Shown: positions 8,828 through 18,304 of the stretch, piece by piece
Layout of the letters: each line of letters begins with the position of its first letter
Numbering within the stretch: the stretch's first letter is position 1
Assembly: GCA_032128875.1 (NCBI GenBank)
Contig: JAVLKG010000005.1
Span: forward strand, 512,001-576,000
Direction of reading: 5' to 3'
Source of the DNA: Candidatus Melainabacteria bacterium 17Bon1m
GTDB lineage: Bacteria; Cyanobacteriota; Vampirovibrionia; Obscuribacterales; Obscuribacteraceae
DNA: 64,000 bases
Program-made: the position numbers and the translations under genes
The notes under the pieces: generated by a model
The model's database searches: none
Seen by the model: only the letters and a program-made list of their open reading frames with translations
Told to the model about the DNA's origin: nothing

Positions 8828-11800
8828 ATGATTGAAAAACTGATCGCGTTTTCTTTGTCGCATCGACTTTTGGTTTCGGCAGCAACTCTTGCGGTGATTG
8901 TGGCGGGCATTTTTGCCATTCTCAACTTGCCGGTAGATTCGTTTCCCGACGTCAGTAATGTGCAGGTTCAAATAATTACAGAGCCTGAGAGCATGGCTAC
9001 TGAAGAGGTTGAGGCTCTCGTCACCTATCCCATTGAGAATGTTCTCAATGGATTGCCCAAAATCAAAAAAATTCGCTCCATCTCTTCATTTGGACTGTCG
9101 GTGGTCACCGCAATTTTTGAAGACGACACGGATGTTTATTTCGCGAGAAATTTGATTCAGCAACGGCTTACATCACTGGCTGGCATGCTGCCCGAGCACT
9201 GTCCCCAACCGACACTGGGACCGGTCGTTTCAAGTTTTAGCCAAGTCTATATGTACTATCTGACCAGCTCTCATCTCGACCTTACGGAGCTGCGGACAAT
9301 ACAAGACTGGGATATTTCCAGGCGCCTGCGGTCAGTGCCCGGTGTGGCTAACGTGGCGACATTTGGTGGTTTCGTCAAGCAATATCAGGTCATCGTCAAT
9401 CCGCGAGAATTGCATGGATACAAAGTTACGCTCAATGAACTGGTCTCGTCTATTTCTCAAAACAACGATAACGCCGGCGGCAACTTCATCGAACAATCCG
9501 GAGAGGAAGTCATTATTCGGGGCATGGGACGTATCAAGTCTGTCGAAGATATTCGCAATATTGTACTAAAAGAAGTCAATGGCACCCCAGTGACTGTCGG
9601 TCAGGTTTCCCGTGTGGTAATTGGACAAGCTTTCAGACGCGGATCCGCATCAATGAACGGTACCGGCGAGGTTGTTACCGGGATTGTCTATACAAGGAAA
9701 GGCGTGAATACAAAGGCAGTCGTAGAGAAGGTCAAGGAGAAGGTTGAAGAGATCTCGCACAGTCTGCGCTCTGATGTTCAAATCGTTCCTTATTACGATC
9801 AAACCGAGCTAGTGGATAAGACGATCGAAACCGTCAAGGAAATCTTGATATTCAGCGGCGGGTTAGTAATCGTTGTTTTAACCGCTGTCTTGCTGCATAT
9901 CCCGAGCGCGCTTATTGTTTCAGTCATCATTCCCTTGTCGCTGCTTTTCAGCTTCATATTGATGAAGTACTCCGGATTGACCGCGAACTTGATGACACTT
10001 GGTGCTGTTGATTTCGGGATTATCGTCGATGCTGGCGTGGTTTTGGTCGAAAACATCTTTCGCCATTTGTCTCGTGCTCATAAAGAATATGGTGACAATT
10101 TCAATCGTTTAGAAGTCATCAAAACTGCATCAATCGCTGTGGCCAAGCCGATCGTTTTTTCTATCGGCATCATCATGTCAGTCTATTTGCCTTTGTTTGC
10201 TTTGGAAGGCGTCGAGGGTAAGATGTTTCACCCTCTTGCGCTTACTTTTATGTACGCCCTCGCCGGCTCCCTGCTGACCTCACTCACTGTCATTCCGGTG
10301 CTCTGTTATTGGGTGATGAAGGGACCTGTGAAAGAAAGAGAAAACCCGGTGCTCAACTTTGTTGTGGAGCGATATGTTCCACTTTTGAAGAGTGCGGTGG
10401 CCAATCCAAAGAAAATTCTTTTTGTCGCAGTAATTGCACTGGCATTGAGTCTGGCAGTCTTTCCTTTCCTTGGCTCGGAATTCATTCCGTCTCTTGATGA
10501 AGGTCCAATTCTTGTGCGCATCAAAATGCCGGCCAGTATTTCTCATACAGAGTCTATGCAGACGGTCAACAACATCGAAAAACTGCTCAAGTCCTTTCCT
10601 GAAGTGGCGGTGATTGTCTCCAGAACAGGTCGTGCAGTCACTGGACCCGGGCTCGACGGTGTTGATTCTACTGATACGTACATTAGTCTTCATCCGAAAG
10701 ACAAGTGGAAAACGGCAAGCACTAAAGAGCAGCTGATTGATCAAATGGCGGAGAAACTGCATGAAATTCCCGGGCTGATGTTCAGTTTTTCGCAACCAAT
10801 CGCCGACATGGTAGACGACTTGATCGCTGGTATCAGAGCGGATCTTGGCATCAAGATCTTTGGTGATGATTTGAAAACTCTTGCCAGCATTGCCGGCAAG
10901 ATCGAATCCGAAGTCAGGAAAGTGCCAGGCGCTGCAGATATGCAACACGAGCATTTGCTTGGCTTGCCGGAATTGAATATTGAACTAAAACGACCTGTGC
11001 TCGCGCGTTTTGGCTTGAATACCGATGATGTTCTGGACATCATAAGAGTGGCTTTGGCCGGAGATCGAGTCACTGAAGTGATTGAAGGTACAAAGCGCTT
11101 TGGTCTTTTGGTTCGATTTGAAAAAACGTATAGAGAAACTCCGGCACGGATTGCCGACGTCATGATCGATACGCCCAAAGGAGCTCGTGTTCCCCTGGAT
11201 CAGTTGGCAAAGATTGAGATGGAAAGAGGCGCTGTGACTATCAACCGAGAAGACGGACAGCGAAGAACCGCAGTGATGGCAAATGTCAGAGGTCGTGACT
11301 TGGGCAGTTTTGTGGCGGAAGCACAAAGCCGAGTGGAGAAGAATGTCCACATTCCGAAAGGGTATAAAGTCGTCTGGAGCGGACAGTTTGAGAATCAAGA
11401 GCGAGCAATGAAACGGCTTGCGATAGTCGTTCCTATTGTTCTGCTGCTGATTTTCGTACTTCTATTTGCTTCATTCAATTCGTTCAGGAACGCAGGCTTG
11501 ATTATGCTCAACGTGCCCTTCGCAATGAGCGGCGGAATTCTTGCGCTGTTTTTATCGCATCAAACTTTGTCAGTTCCTGCCATCATCGGCTTCATTGCTT
11601 TGTTTGGTGTGGCTGTTCAGAATGGCGTCATCATGGTGACGTACATTATGCAGCTGGAGCAGCGGGGGTCTTCGATCGACGAGGCTGTTGTGAGGGGGGC
11701 ACAAACGCGTCTGAGACCGGTTCTCATGACAGCTCTCGTTGCAGTTGTCGGCTTACTGCCTAAAGTGCTCTTTCATGGAACTGGCACCGAAGTGCAGCGG

Positions 11801-11920
11801 CCACTCGCGACAGTTGTGCTGGGCGGGCTGGTAACAGCGACTGCGCTGACACTTATTGTCCTGCCCGCGCTTTACAAGTTGCTCAATCAGAAAAACGGCA
11901 AGAAACAACAGGTCGTTTAG
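8828..11920 (+). CDS. CusA/CzcA family heavy-metal efflux RND transporter
   Basis: 1030 aa; LPVDSFPDVSNVQVQI, ANLMTLGAVDFGIIVD, GKMFHPLA, RLRPVLMTA, EVQRPLATVVLGGL. Confidence 0.95.
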   Translation: MIEKLIAFSLSHRLLVSAATLAVIVAGIFAILNLPVDSFPDVSNVQVQIITEPESMATEEVEALVTYPIENVLNGLPKIKKIRSISSFGLSVVTAIFEDDTDVYFARNLIQQRLTSLAGMLPEHCPQPTLGPVVSSFSQVYMYYLTSSHLDLTELRTIQDWDISRRLRSVPGVANVATFGGFVKQYQVIVNPRELHGYKVTLNELVSSISQNNDNAGGNFIEQSGEEVIIRGMGRIKSVEDIRNIVLKEVNGTPVTVGQVSRVVIGQAFRRGSASMNGTGEVVTGIVYTRKGVNTKAVVEKVKEKVEEISHSLRSDVQIVPYYDQTELVDKTIETVKEILIFSGGLVIVVLTAVLLHIPSALIVSVIIPLSLLFSFILMKYSGLTANLMTLGAVDFGIIVDAGVVLVENIFRHLSRAHKEYGDNFNRLEVIKTASIAVAKPIVFSIGIIMSVYLPLFALEGVEGKMFHPLALTFMYALAGSLLTSLTVIPVLCYWVMKGPVKERENPVLNFVVERYVPLLKSAVANPKKILFVAVIALALSLAVFPFLGSEFIPSLDEGPILVRIKMPASISHTESMQTVNNIEKLLKSFPEVAVIVSRTGRAVTGPGLDGVDSTDTYISLHPKDKWKTASTKEQLIDQMAEKLHEIPGLMFSFSQPIADMVDDLIAGIRADLGIKIFGDDLKTLASIAGKIESEVRKVPGAADMQHEHLLGLPELNIELKRPVLARFGLNTDDVLDIIRVALAGDRVTEVIEGTKRFGLLVRFEKTYRETPARIADVMIDTPKGARVPLDQLAKIEMERGAVTINREDGQRRTAVMANVRGRDLGSFVAEAQSRVEKNVHIPKGYKVVWSGQFENQERAMKRLAIVVPIVLLLIFVLLFASFNSFRNAGLIMLNVPFAMSGGILALFLSHQTLSVPAIIGFIALFGVAVQNGVIMVTYIMQLEQRGSSIDEAVVRGAQTRLRPVLMTALVAVVGLLPKVLFHGTGTEVQRPLATVVLGGLVTATALTLIVLPALYKLLNQKNGKKQQVV

Positions 11921-11960
11921 TTTCTATTTTCGCCTCGCGTAATTTCTAAATTCAGCTCTC

Positions 11961-12203
11961 CTAATCGGAGCTGTCCAGATTATTGTCATCGAACGCTTCC
12001 GGTGCGTGCGAGCCATCGGCTTGCTTGCGCAGGATTTCTACCTTTTGTTCTGCGATTTTGAGAAACGACTCCAGCTGGGTGCTTAGCTCCATGCCTCTTT
12101 CGAAGAGGCTTAGCGCTCTTTCCAGCTTTATCTCGCCATCGAGTTCGCCAACTACTTGCTCGAGCTCTTTCAGTGAACTTTCGAAATCTATTGTTTTGGC
12201 CAT
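11961..12203 (-). CDS. xseB: Exodeoxyribonuclease VII small subunit
   Basis: FESSLKELEQVV..L..ALSLFERGMEL..L..AEQKV; RBS AGGAGG; follows xseA. Confidence 0.95.
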   Translation of the reverse strand: MAKTIDFESSLKELEQVVGELDGEIKLERALSLFERGMELSTQLESFLKIAEQKVEILRKQADGSHAPEAFDDNNLDSSD

Positions 12204-12226
12204 CTGACTCACCTCCTGTTTTGTTT

Positions 12227-13426
12227 TCACCATTTTTCGTCAACGGACTCAATTTTGATCTTCAATTTACCTTCGTGCAGTAGCGCTTCTAGCGTCTCGC
12301 CTGGTTGCACGTCGCTAAATGAGCGAACTACCGACTTATCCGCTTTTCGCAAAACAGCAAAGCCACGGCTGAGAACATTCAGCGGGCTGAGGGCAATTAG
12401 TTTTTCTCGGCTTGTTTTCAATTTATGCTGAGCAGAAGATATCTGCATTTTTAAGCGTGAATTGAGTGTCTGCCTGTGTGAAATCACTCTTTCTGTAAGG
12501 CGCTGAAGTCTTTCGCTGTACCGAATCAGAGAATTGAGCGGACTCAATCTTTCGACCTGTCGCCTGGCAGTTGCGAGTTTTTCGCTCATTTGAGATTGGA
12601 GGCGCCGATCCAGCAAGCCCCATTTGTCCATGAGCTCTACTGTCCCTTTCGCCACCAGCTCGGCTGCGGCAGTTGGAGTGGGAGCGCGCATGTCGGCTAC
12701 GAGATCGCAAATGGTGACGTCGGTTTCGTGACCGACACCGGAGATGACAGGGACGGCTGCAGAAAGTACCGCACGTGCCACTGCCTCGGTGTTGAACGAC
12801 CAGAGATCTTCGATTGAACCGCCGCCTCGCGCAACGATTATTACGTCAACGTCTTCGATTTCAGAAAGAATTGCTATCGCTCTAGCTATCTCATCGACGC
12901 TACCTTCGCCCTGTACTTTGCACGGAGAGATAAGTACATTGACAGAACGGTTGCGTCTTTTCAGAGTATGGAGAATATCGCGAAGAGCAGCTCCGGCGGG
13001 ACTTGTCACCACTCCGATTCGACGAGGAAAAATAGGAATTGGTCGCTTGCGCTCGGGTGCGAAGAATCCTTCCTTTTCTAATTTTGCTGCGAGTTGATCA
13101 AACGCTAATTGCCATTCGCCTACGCCAACCGGTTCAAGTCCGGTCACGATCATTTGATATGAGCCGCGCGGAGGATAAACGCTTAGTTTGCCGCGCGCAA
13201 CCATCATCAGCCCGTCTTCCAATTTGAACTTGATGGCGGAATTCGCATTTTTAAAGCAAACGCACGGCAGTGTCGCGTCTTGATCTTTTAGTGAAAAATA
13301 CCAGTGTCCCGAGGGATAGACTTTCGCGTTCGAAACTTCGCCTACTACATAAATGTAGGTGAATGTCCCTTCCAGGGTGTCCTTAATCAGTCCGGTCAGT
13401 TCAGAGACCGTCAGAACAGGCTGCAT
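12227..13426 (-). CDS. xseA: Exodeoxyribonuclease VII large subunit
   Basis: LTVSELT, GEVSN..SGHWYFSLKD, IGVVTSP.GAALRD, ARGGGSIEDLWSFN, SGVGHETD, APTPTAAAE. Confidence 0.97.
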   Translation of the reverse strand: MQPVLTVSELTGLIKDTLEGTFTYIYVVGEVSNAKVYPSGHWYFSLKDQDATLPCVCFKNANSAIKFKLEDGLMMVARGKLSVYPPRGSYQMIVTGLEPVGVGEWQLAFDQLAAKLEKEGFFAPERKRPIPIFPRRIGVVTSPAGAALRDILHTLKRRNRSVNVLISPCKVQGEGSVDEIARAIAILSEIEDVDVIIVARGGGSIEDLWSFNTEAVARAVLSAAVPVISGVGHETDVTICDLVADMRAPTPTAAAELVAKGTVELMDKWGLLDRRLQSQMSEKLATARRQVERLSPLNSLIRYSERLQRLTERVISHRQTLNSRLKMQISSAQHKLKTSREKLIALSPLNVLSRGFAVLRKADKSVVRSFSDVQPGETLEALLHEGKLKIKIESVDEKW

Positions 13427-13866
13427 TCGGCTGACTTCACGAGTGACGAACAACGCCCTTATCCTCATAAGGTGAAGTGATGAATTTTCGGGTCACGTCT
13501 TATTAGACGAATGAGCCACCGAAATAGTTCATCGAAAAACATATTCTATCTAAAGGTTGGCGGCGAAATATTGTCGGGGGATCATTTGATCTTTGCCGAG
13601 ATGCCGCTGGGCGAGACGTTATGCTGCTTGTTGACTACTGGTGGCGATTTCAATAAATTTTGGAAATTGAGACGAAAAGCCATTTCTATTCAATCTGTAT
13701 AGATGGATGGGGTTGTGCTGGATGTCTTTTATATATGCAAATAGTGGGCTGTTTGCCCCTTTTGTCACCTCTGGAACTGGCTTGGCGACAGGGTTTTGGT
13801 CGTACTTGGCCGGGAATATAGATGGTGTTGAAGATAAAAAACAGGCAGTCAAGATGATGATTTCAT

Positions 13867-13905
13867 TTGACCGCGGAAATTGTCATACTATATATTGGTA
13901 TGACA
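13867..13905 (+). promoter_or_regulatory. Promoter-like TTGACC with overlapping inverted repeat TGTCATAC-N9-GTATGACA
   Basis: Perfect 8-bp arms at 13881-13888 and 13898-13905 over an AT-rich -10-like region, just upstream of the nuclease-like gene. Confidence 0.55.
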
Positions 13906-13946
13906 TACAAACGTAAGGTATGGGTTTGAGAGAGGGGGAGAGCTTC

Positions 13947-14744
13947 ATGCACAGGACTTTGTTCACGCCTTCTATGGTTGAGGCTTTCCGCATCTGCAAG
14001 AAGGCATATCGCATTGGTCAGGCGCACTATGCCGAAGGGACCAATACTGCTAAAGGTCGACTGAAAAGCTTGACCAGGCGGTTTATCCTGCGCGGACTTG
14101 CGGAGATCAACCGCGGCAAACTTCAGAGCGTGAATCAAGTTCAGAAGTACATGGGTCAGCAATGGCCTGTAGATCCGTTGGGCATAGCCACTCAAGAAAA
14201 GGAGCAGAATACTCGCGCATTCTTGTTTGCATATAAGACATTGACCCGCTATGTGAATAAACCATACAAACCAGATGGCGCAGAGATCGTTGGTGTTGCG
14301 CAAAAGGTACGTGCCCGCGTGCCGCATTTGCGAGTTTATGTGGAAGACACTATGGACCTCATGCTCTGGTACCCGCATGAAAAACGCCTTGAGCTTGTGG
14401 ACTACCAATTGAATCCAATTGCTCATTACGATCCTCGTTGGCCATCAGCAACTATTTTGGTCAAGCAGTATTTGGCTGAAAGACTGAAGATGCGTTTTCC
14501 GTATGAAAGAGTGACGCTGACTTTTGTCCGCGCCGGGACAAAAGAGCACCAGCCCGTAAGTCTTACTCTCGACGAAAGTATTTTTGCTCTGCACTGGTCT
14601 GAGCTCGTGAAAACTCTTGAAGCAATGAAGGAAGAGTCCGAGTTTCAGGGGGAGTGCAAAGATAACTGCCGTCATTGTGAAGCTGAATCAGAAGACAAAG
14701 GCAGTGATATGACGGTTAACGAGGCATACTCAAAAACAGCTTAG
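13947..14744 (+). CDS. PD-(D/E)XK nuclease-family protein (AddB/Cas4-like), degenerate active site
   Basis: N-terminal FTPSMVEAFRICKKAY (S.S....F..CP..Y pattern), TMDL...ELVDYQ, C-terminal CKDNCRHC. Confidence 0.7.
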   Translation: MHRTLFTPSMVEAFRICKKAYRIGQAHYAEGTNTAKGRLKSLTRRFILRGLAEINRGKLQSVNQVQKYMGQQWPVDPLGIATQEKEQNTRAFLFAYKTLTRYVNKPYKPDGAEIVGVAQKVRARVPHLRVYVEDTMDLMLWYPHEKRLELVDYQLNPIAHYDPRWPSATILVKQYLAERLKMRFPYERVTLTFVRAGTKEHQPVSLTLDESIFALHWSELVKTLEAMKEESEFQGECKDNCRHCEAESEDKGSDMTVNEAYSKTA

Positions 14745-14998
14745 AGATCACCGGAGTTTCAATAGCTCAGACCCCAATCTGTAGCACCACAAGCGGTGTC
14801 AGGATATCTATCGTGTTTCCCGAGCGCGAGGTTAACCTGACTTCTGCTTTTTTTTGGGGGGGGGAGGGGCGTGCAGCCGTACGTCCATCTCCTTTGATTA
14901 CGTGTTGTTAAGCTTGTTTCCTTGCTCATGAAGGCGCGCATATCCGATCTCCATGCTTGTCGCTTATGATCAAGGGTCAATACGACAGGAATTGGGCC

Positions 14999-16363
14999 AT
15001 GACCAGAAATACCGGCAATCCGGCACACGCTCACGAGGGTTCTCAGAAAGCCATCTCTAAAGATGGACGGATTCCAATAGACCTCTTGATTAGTCCAATC
15101 GCCGAGCTGGTAACTGCAGAATCTCACGACGGACCTGTGCGCGGCGAAGATATGCGCGATATAAAGCGCATCAAAAATGCTGCAATTGCAATCAGCGGTG
15201 GACAAATAATTGCAGTTGGCCGTGCTGACGAGATCAAGCACGCAGTGGTTACTGACGAAAACACTCAAATCATTGATGCCAGCGAGAATTTAGTCAGTCC
15301 AGGACTCGTCGATGCGCACACCCATTTGATCTTCGATGGCAATCGCGCGGACGAATTTGTGATGCGCAGTCAGGGCAAGACTTATACAGAAATAGCTGCC
15401 GCCGGTGGTGGCATCGTCAAAAGTATGAGAGCTACTCAGAATGCTGACGTGGAGCGGCTTGTGTCTCTGGGCCGAAAGAGAATCGAGCGCATGCTCGAGT
15501 CGGGAACCACTGCCCTTGAGGTGAAGACTGGATACGGTTTAGAAGCAGAAAGCGAATTGCGAATGCTGGAGGCGATCTACCGCCTCAAATCAGAATCCGT
15601 GCTCGATATCGTGCCTACTTTTATGGCGGCACATGCGATACCACCTGGTAAAGAGCGCGAACGATATGTAGACGACATCGTCAATGATATGCTGCCGCGC
15701 GTGGTGGCAATGGCCACAGAGCAAGCAGAGCGCGAAGGGGTCCACGTAAGCCACATGATGCCTTACATAGACGTCTTTTGCGATCGCGGTTATTTCACAT
15801 TGGAAGATACGCGCAAGATCTTTGCTGCTGCGATCAAGTTGGGATTAAAGACCAGAGTTCATTCTGACGAATTTGTCAATCTTGGTGCCACCACATTGGC
15901 CGTAGAGCTGGGCGCAGCAAGCGCCGATCACTTGCTCAATGTAAGTGACGAAGAGATTGCTCTTTTGGCGAAATCTTCTACTGTCGCGGTGCTTTTGCCC
16001 GGCACATCTTTCTACCTGAATCTCTCCGACCATGCACCGGCTCGCCGGATGATCGAAGAAGGTGTAGCTGTTGCACTCGCGACTGACTATAACCCTGGCT
16101 CTTGCCACATATCGTCTCTGCCCTTCGTTTGGGGCTTAGCTTGTTTGCATTTGAAGATGTTGCCGGAGGAGGCTCTTACCGCGTTAACCGTAAATGGTGC
16201 CTGGGCGATCGGTTTGGGAGCCAATATCGGACAGTTGAGACCCGGCTATCAGGCCGACGTCACCATCTACGATGTAAAACAATTGGAAGAAGTCCCATAC
16301 AACATCGGTTGGAACCCTGTTAAACAGGTGATAAAGAAGGGGCGGACTGTCTATAGCCGATAG
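14999..16363 (+). CDS. hutI: Imidazolonepropionase
   Basis: PGLVDAHTHL, GGGI, GTT..EVKTGYGL, DVFCD.GYF, H.DE, SADHL, ALATDYNPGS. Confidence 0.95.
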   Translation: MTRNTGNPAHAHEGSQKAISKDGRIPIDLLISPIAELVTAESHDGPVRGEDMRDIKRIKNAAIAISGGQIIAVGRADEIKHAVVTDENTQIIDASENLVSPGLVDAHTHLIFDGNRADEFVMRSQGKTYTEIAAAGGGIVKSMRATQNADVERLVSLGRKRIERMLESGTTALEVKTGYGLEAESELRMLEAIYRLKSESVLDIVPTFMAAHAIPPGKERERYVDDIVNDMLPRVVAMATEQAEREGVHVSHMMPYIDVFCDRGYFTLEDTRKIFAAAIKLGLKTRVHSDEFVNLGATTLAVELGAASADHLLNVSDEEIALLAKSSTVAVLLPGTSFYLNLSDHAPARRMIEEGVAVALATDYNPGSCHISSLPFVWGLACLHLKMLPEEALTALTVNGAWAIGLGANIGQLRPGYQADVTIYDVKQLEEVPYNIGWNPVKQVIKKGRTVYSR

Positions 16364-16582
16364 ATACACTGGGGTGTTTTTGTGCCACCACCGGTAATAT
16401 TTTATTTTCGGGAAAAAAACTTTCCTGATTTACTTGTCTTATTATTGGCTTTAGTTATAATTCTAGAGGCGCCACCACGGACGGGGCCATTTCAGAAAAA
16501 ACGGTTAGTTCGACTGCAGCGGGCAATGAGAACTGACGGTTTCCTGGCAAGTTTTTAAATCCAGAGCGGGGGATACGGACTG

Positions 16583-17011
16583 ATGGCAGAGAGCATGCGC
16601 AAACAGGATAACTCTTCGGTCCAAGAAGACCTGGCCGCGCTCGAAGGGTTCGATGAGTTTTTTGAAGGTGACACCGAGGCCCCAGTCGAAGTAACCAGCG
16701 ATGCCACCACTGTAGGTGGTGAGGTAATGCAAGAGCAGGTCGAAAAGCTGCTTGAGCGCATGACCGAGTTGCTTTCTTTCAGTGTTGATCAGAGAGTGGA
16801 ATCGGCCAGAATGGCCACCCAGCTCATCGACAACCAACGCCAACTGATCGCCACGCAGCAAATTCTGATTCGTTTGATGGAGCGCTCGATCGATCTGACC
16901 CGGCACATAAGCTCCATCGAAGAAAAATTACCGGTGCTTTTCGAATTGCCTCGCACTGTCGAGAGCATTCGTCAAAGACTGGTGCAAATGGAAGGTGTAG
17001 AAGTCGAGTAA
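16583..17011 (+). CDS. Hypothetical coiled-coil protein
   Basis: 142-aa ORF with purine-rich RBS, acidic N-terminus and heptad-like C-terminus. Confidence 0.7.
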   Translation: MAESMRKQDNSSVQEDLAALEGFDEFFEGDTEAPVEVTSDATTVGGEVMQEQVEKLLERMTELLSFSVDQRVESARMATQLIDNQRQLIATQQILIRLMERSIDLTRHISSIEEKLPVLFELPRTVESIRQRLVQMEGVEVE

Positions 17012-17165
17012 GCCACTGCCGCAACAGGGCAGGCGCTGTAGAGGTTAATTCCTGTGGTGGTTCTCCCACTGCCGGTGATTTCTACGTATTTACTTTGTAA
17101 TACAAGATCGTAGTATTGCTTGGACGGCGCCCGCATCGTGACTGGCACCGTCTGAGGAGAACTCG

Positions 17166-18281
17166 ATGGAGCCTGGCGGTAGCGAACCTGGCGGTTTTAA
17201 CAGCACTGGCGGACAAGACTTCGGTTACGTCAGTGATTTCGGCTTTGACCACGATCACCACGACGGTCATGGGGACCATGGCCATGGGGATCATGGTTTT
17301 GACCATTTCGGCGACGATCACGGCGGCGACCACGATCATGACCATGATCACGACCATGATTCCAGCCATCAGGGACACAATCAGGGACTAAAAGGGCTTA
17401 TTGCCAGACTGCTAGGTTTGGACCGAGATGCAGGAGCGCTCGGTGGCGGCGAAGCTGGTGGTGAAGCAGGGCATGGGCACGGTGCAGAGCCTGGCACGTC
17501 TCCGTCTCAATCGGTTATGTACAGTAATGCTGTTGCTGGAATCAGCCTCTCGGAAGCATTCCAGGGTATTCGAATAACTCCCAATTTCCTCTACTTGTGT
17601 CTTTTTGCAGGATTTACGTTTTGGTTGTTCGTTGTTTATTGGATCCGCCACAATGAGCCCTTGGCCAACCAAGTCTTGGGTACATACAGCTCCACTACGC
17701 GCCACGCTGTCGATGACAGGCGCCTCCTGAACAGCGTCAAGGACGCAATGCCATTTCGGACTTCATCAACGTTCGGCGATATCTACACCCCAAATGTGCC
17801 GCACGTGCCTGCCATCAAGCCTATCGATCAAGAGCTGATGATGAAGGCAAACAATGCCAAACCTTTACTGCAGCACTCGATGAGTGGCGCCGCGCCGCAG
17901 ACATTGCAGCAGCAACTCCTCAATACTGCAGCTCGCCAACCCTATGAAATGAGTGCTGCTACGTCGCGTTACGCAAATCAGTTTGTCAATCAAAGTGTCA
18001 ATCAAGCGCAGATGCAGGCCGGTTTTCCACAGGCGCCGCATCAGGGCTATCCTGCCCCATCGTATGCCGGCAGTTATCCAAATACGATTGCCACGGCGGG
18101 CTCGTATTACGCGATGCCCCAGCAACAGATGGTTGGACAACCTATTTATCCTGTTGCTCCGCAGCCGTTATTAACCGCGCCACACGGCATGGGTGAAGCT
18201 CAGCAGCAATTCGGTACTGCCGCGCAGATGCCGTACCAGAGCGGCATCCCTGCTCGTCAGCGAACAATGATCAATCGTTGA
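17166..18281 (+). CDS. Membrane protein with His/Asp-rich N-terminus and Q/P/Y-rich tail
   Basis: RBS GAGGAG; DHDHHDGHGDHGHGDH...DHDHDHDHDHD; one TM (FLYLCLFAGFTFWLFVVYWI). Confidence 0.8.
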   Translation: MEPGGSEPGGFNSTGGQDFGYVSDFGFDHDHHDGHGDHGHGDHGFDHFGDDHGGDHDHDHDHDHDSSHQGHNQGLKGLIARLLGLDRDAGALGGGEAGGEAGHGHGAEPGTSPSQSVMYSNAVAGISLSEAFQGIRITPNFLYLCLFAGFTFWLFVVYWIRHNEPLANQVLGTYSSTTRHAVDDRRLLNSVKDAMPFRTSSTFGDIYTPNVPHVPAIKPIDQELMMKANNAKPLLQHSMSGAAPQTLQQQLLNTAARQPYEMSAATSRYANQFVNQSVNQAQMQAGFPQAPHQGYPAPSYAGSYPNTIATAGSYYAMPQQQMVGQPIYPVAPQPLLTAPHGMGEAQQQFGTAAQMPYQSGIPARQRTMINR

Positions 18282-18304
18282 TCGACTGTTTCTCTTCTGT
18301 CTTC

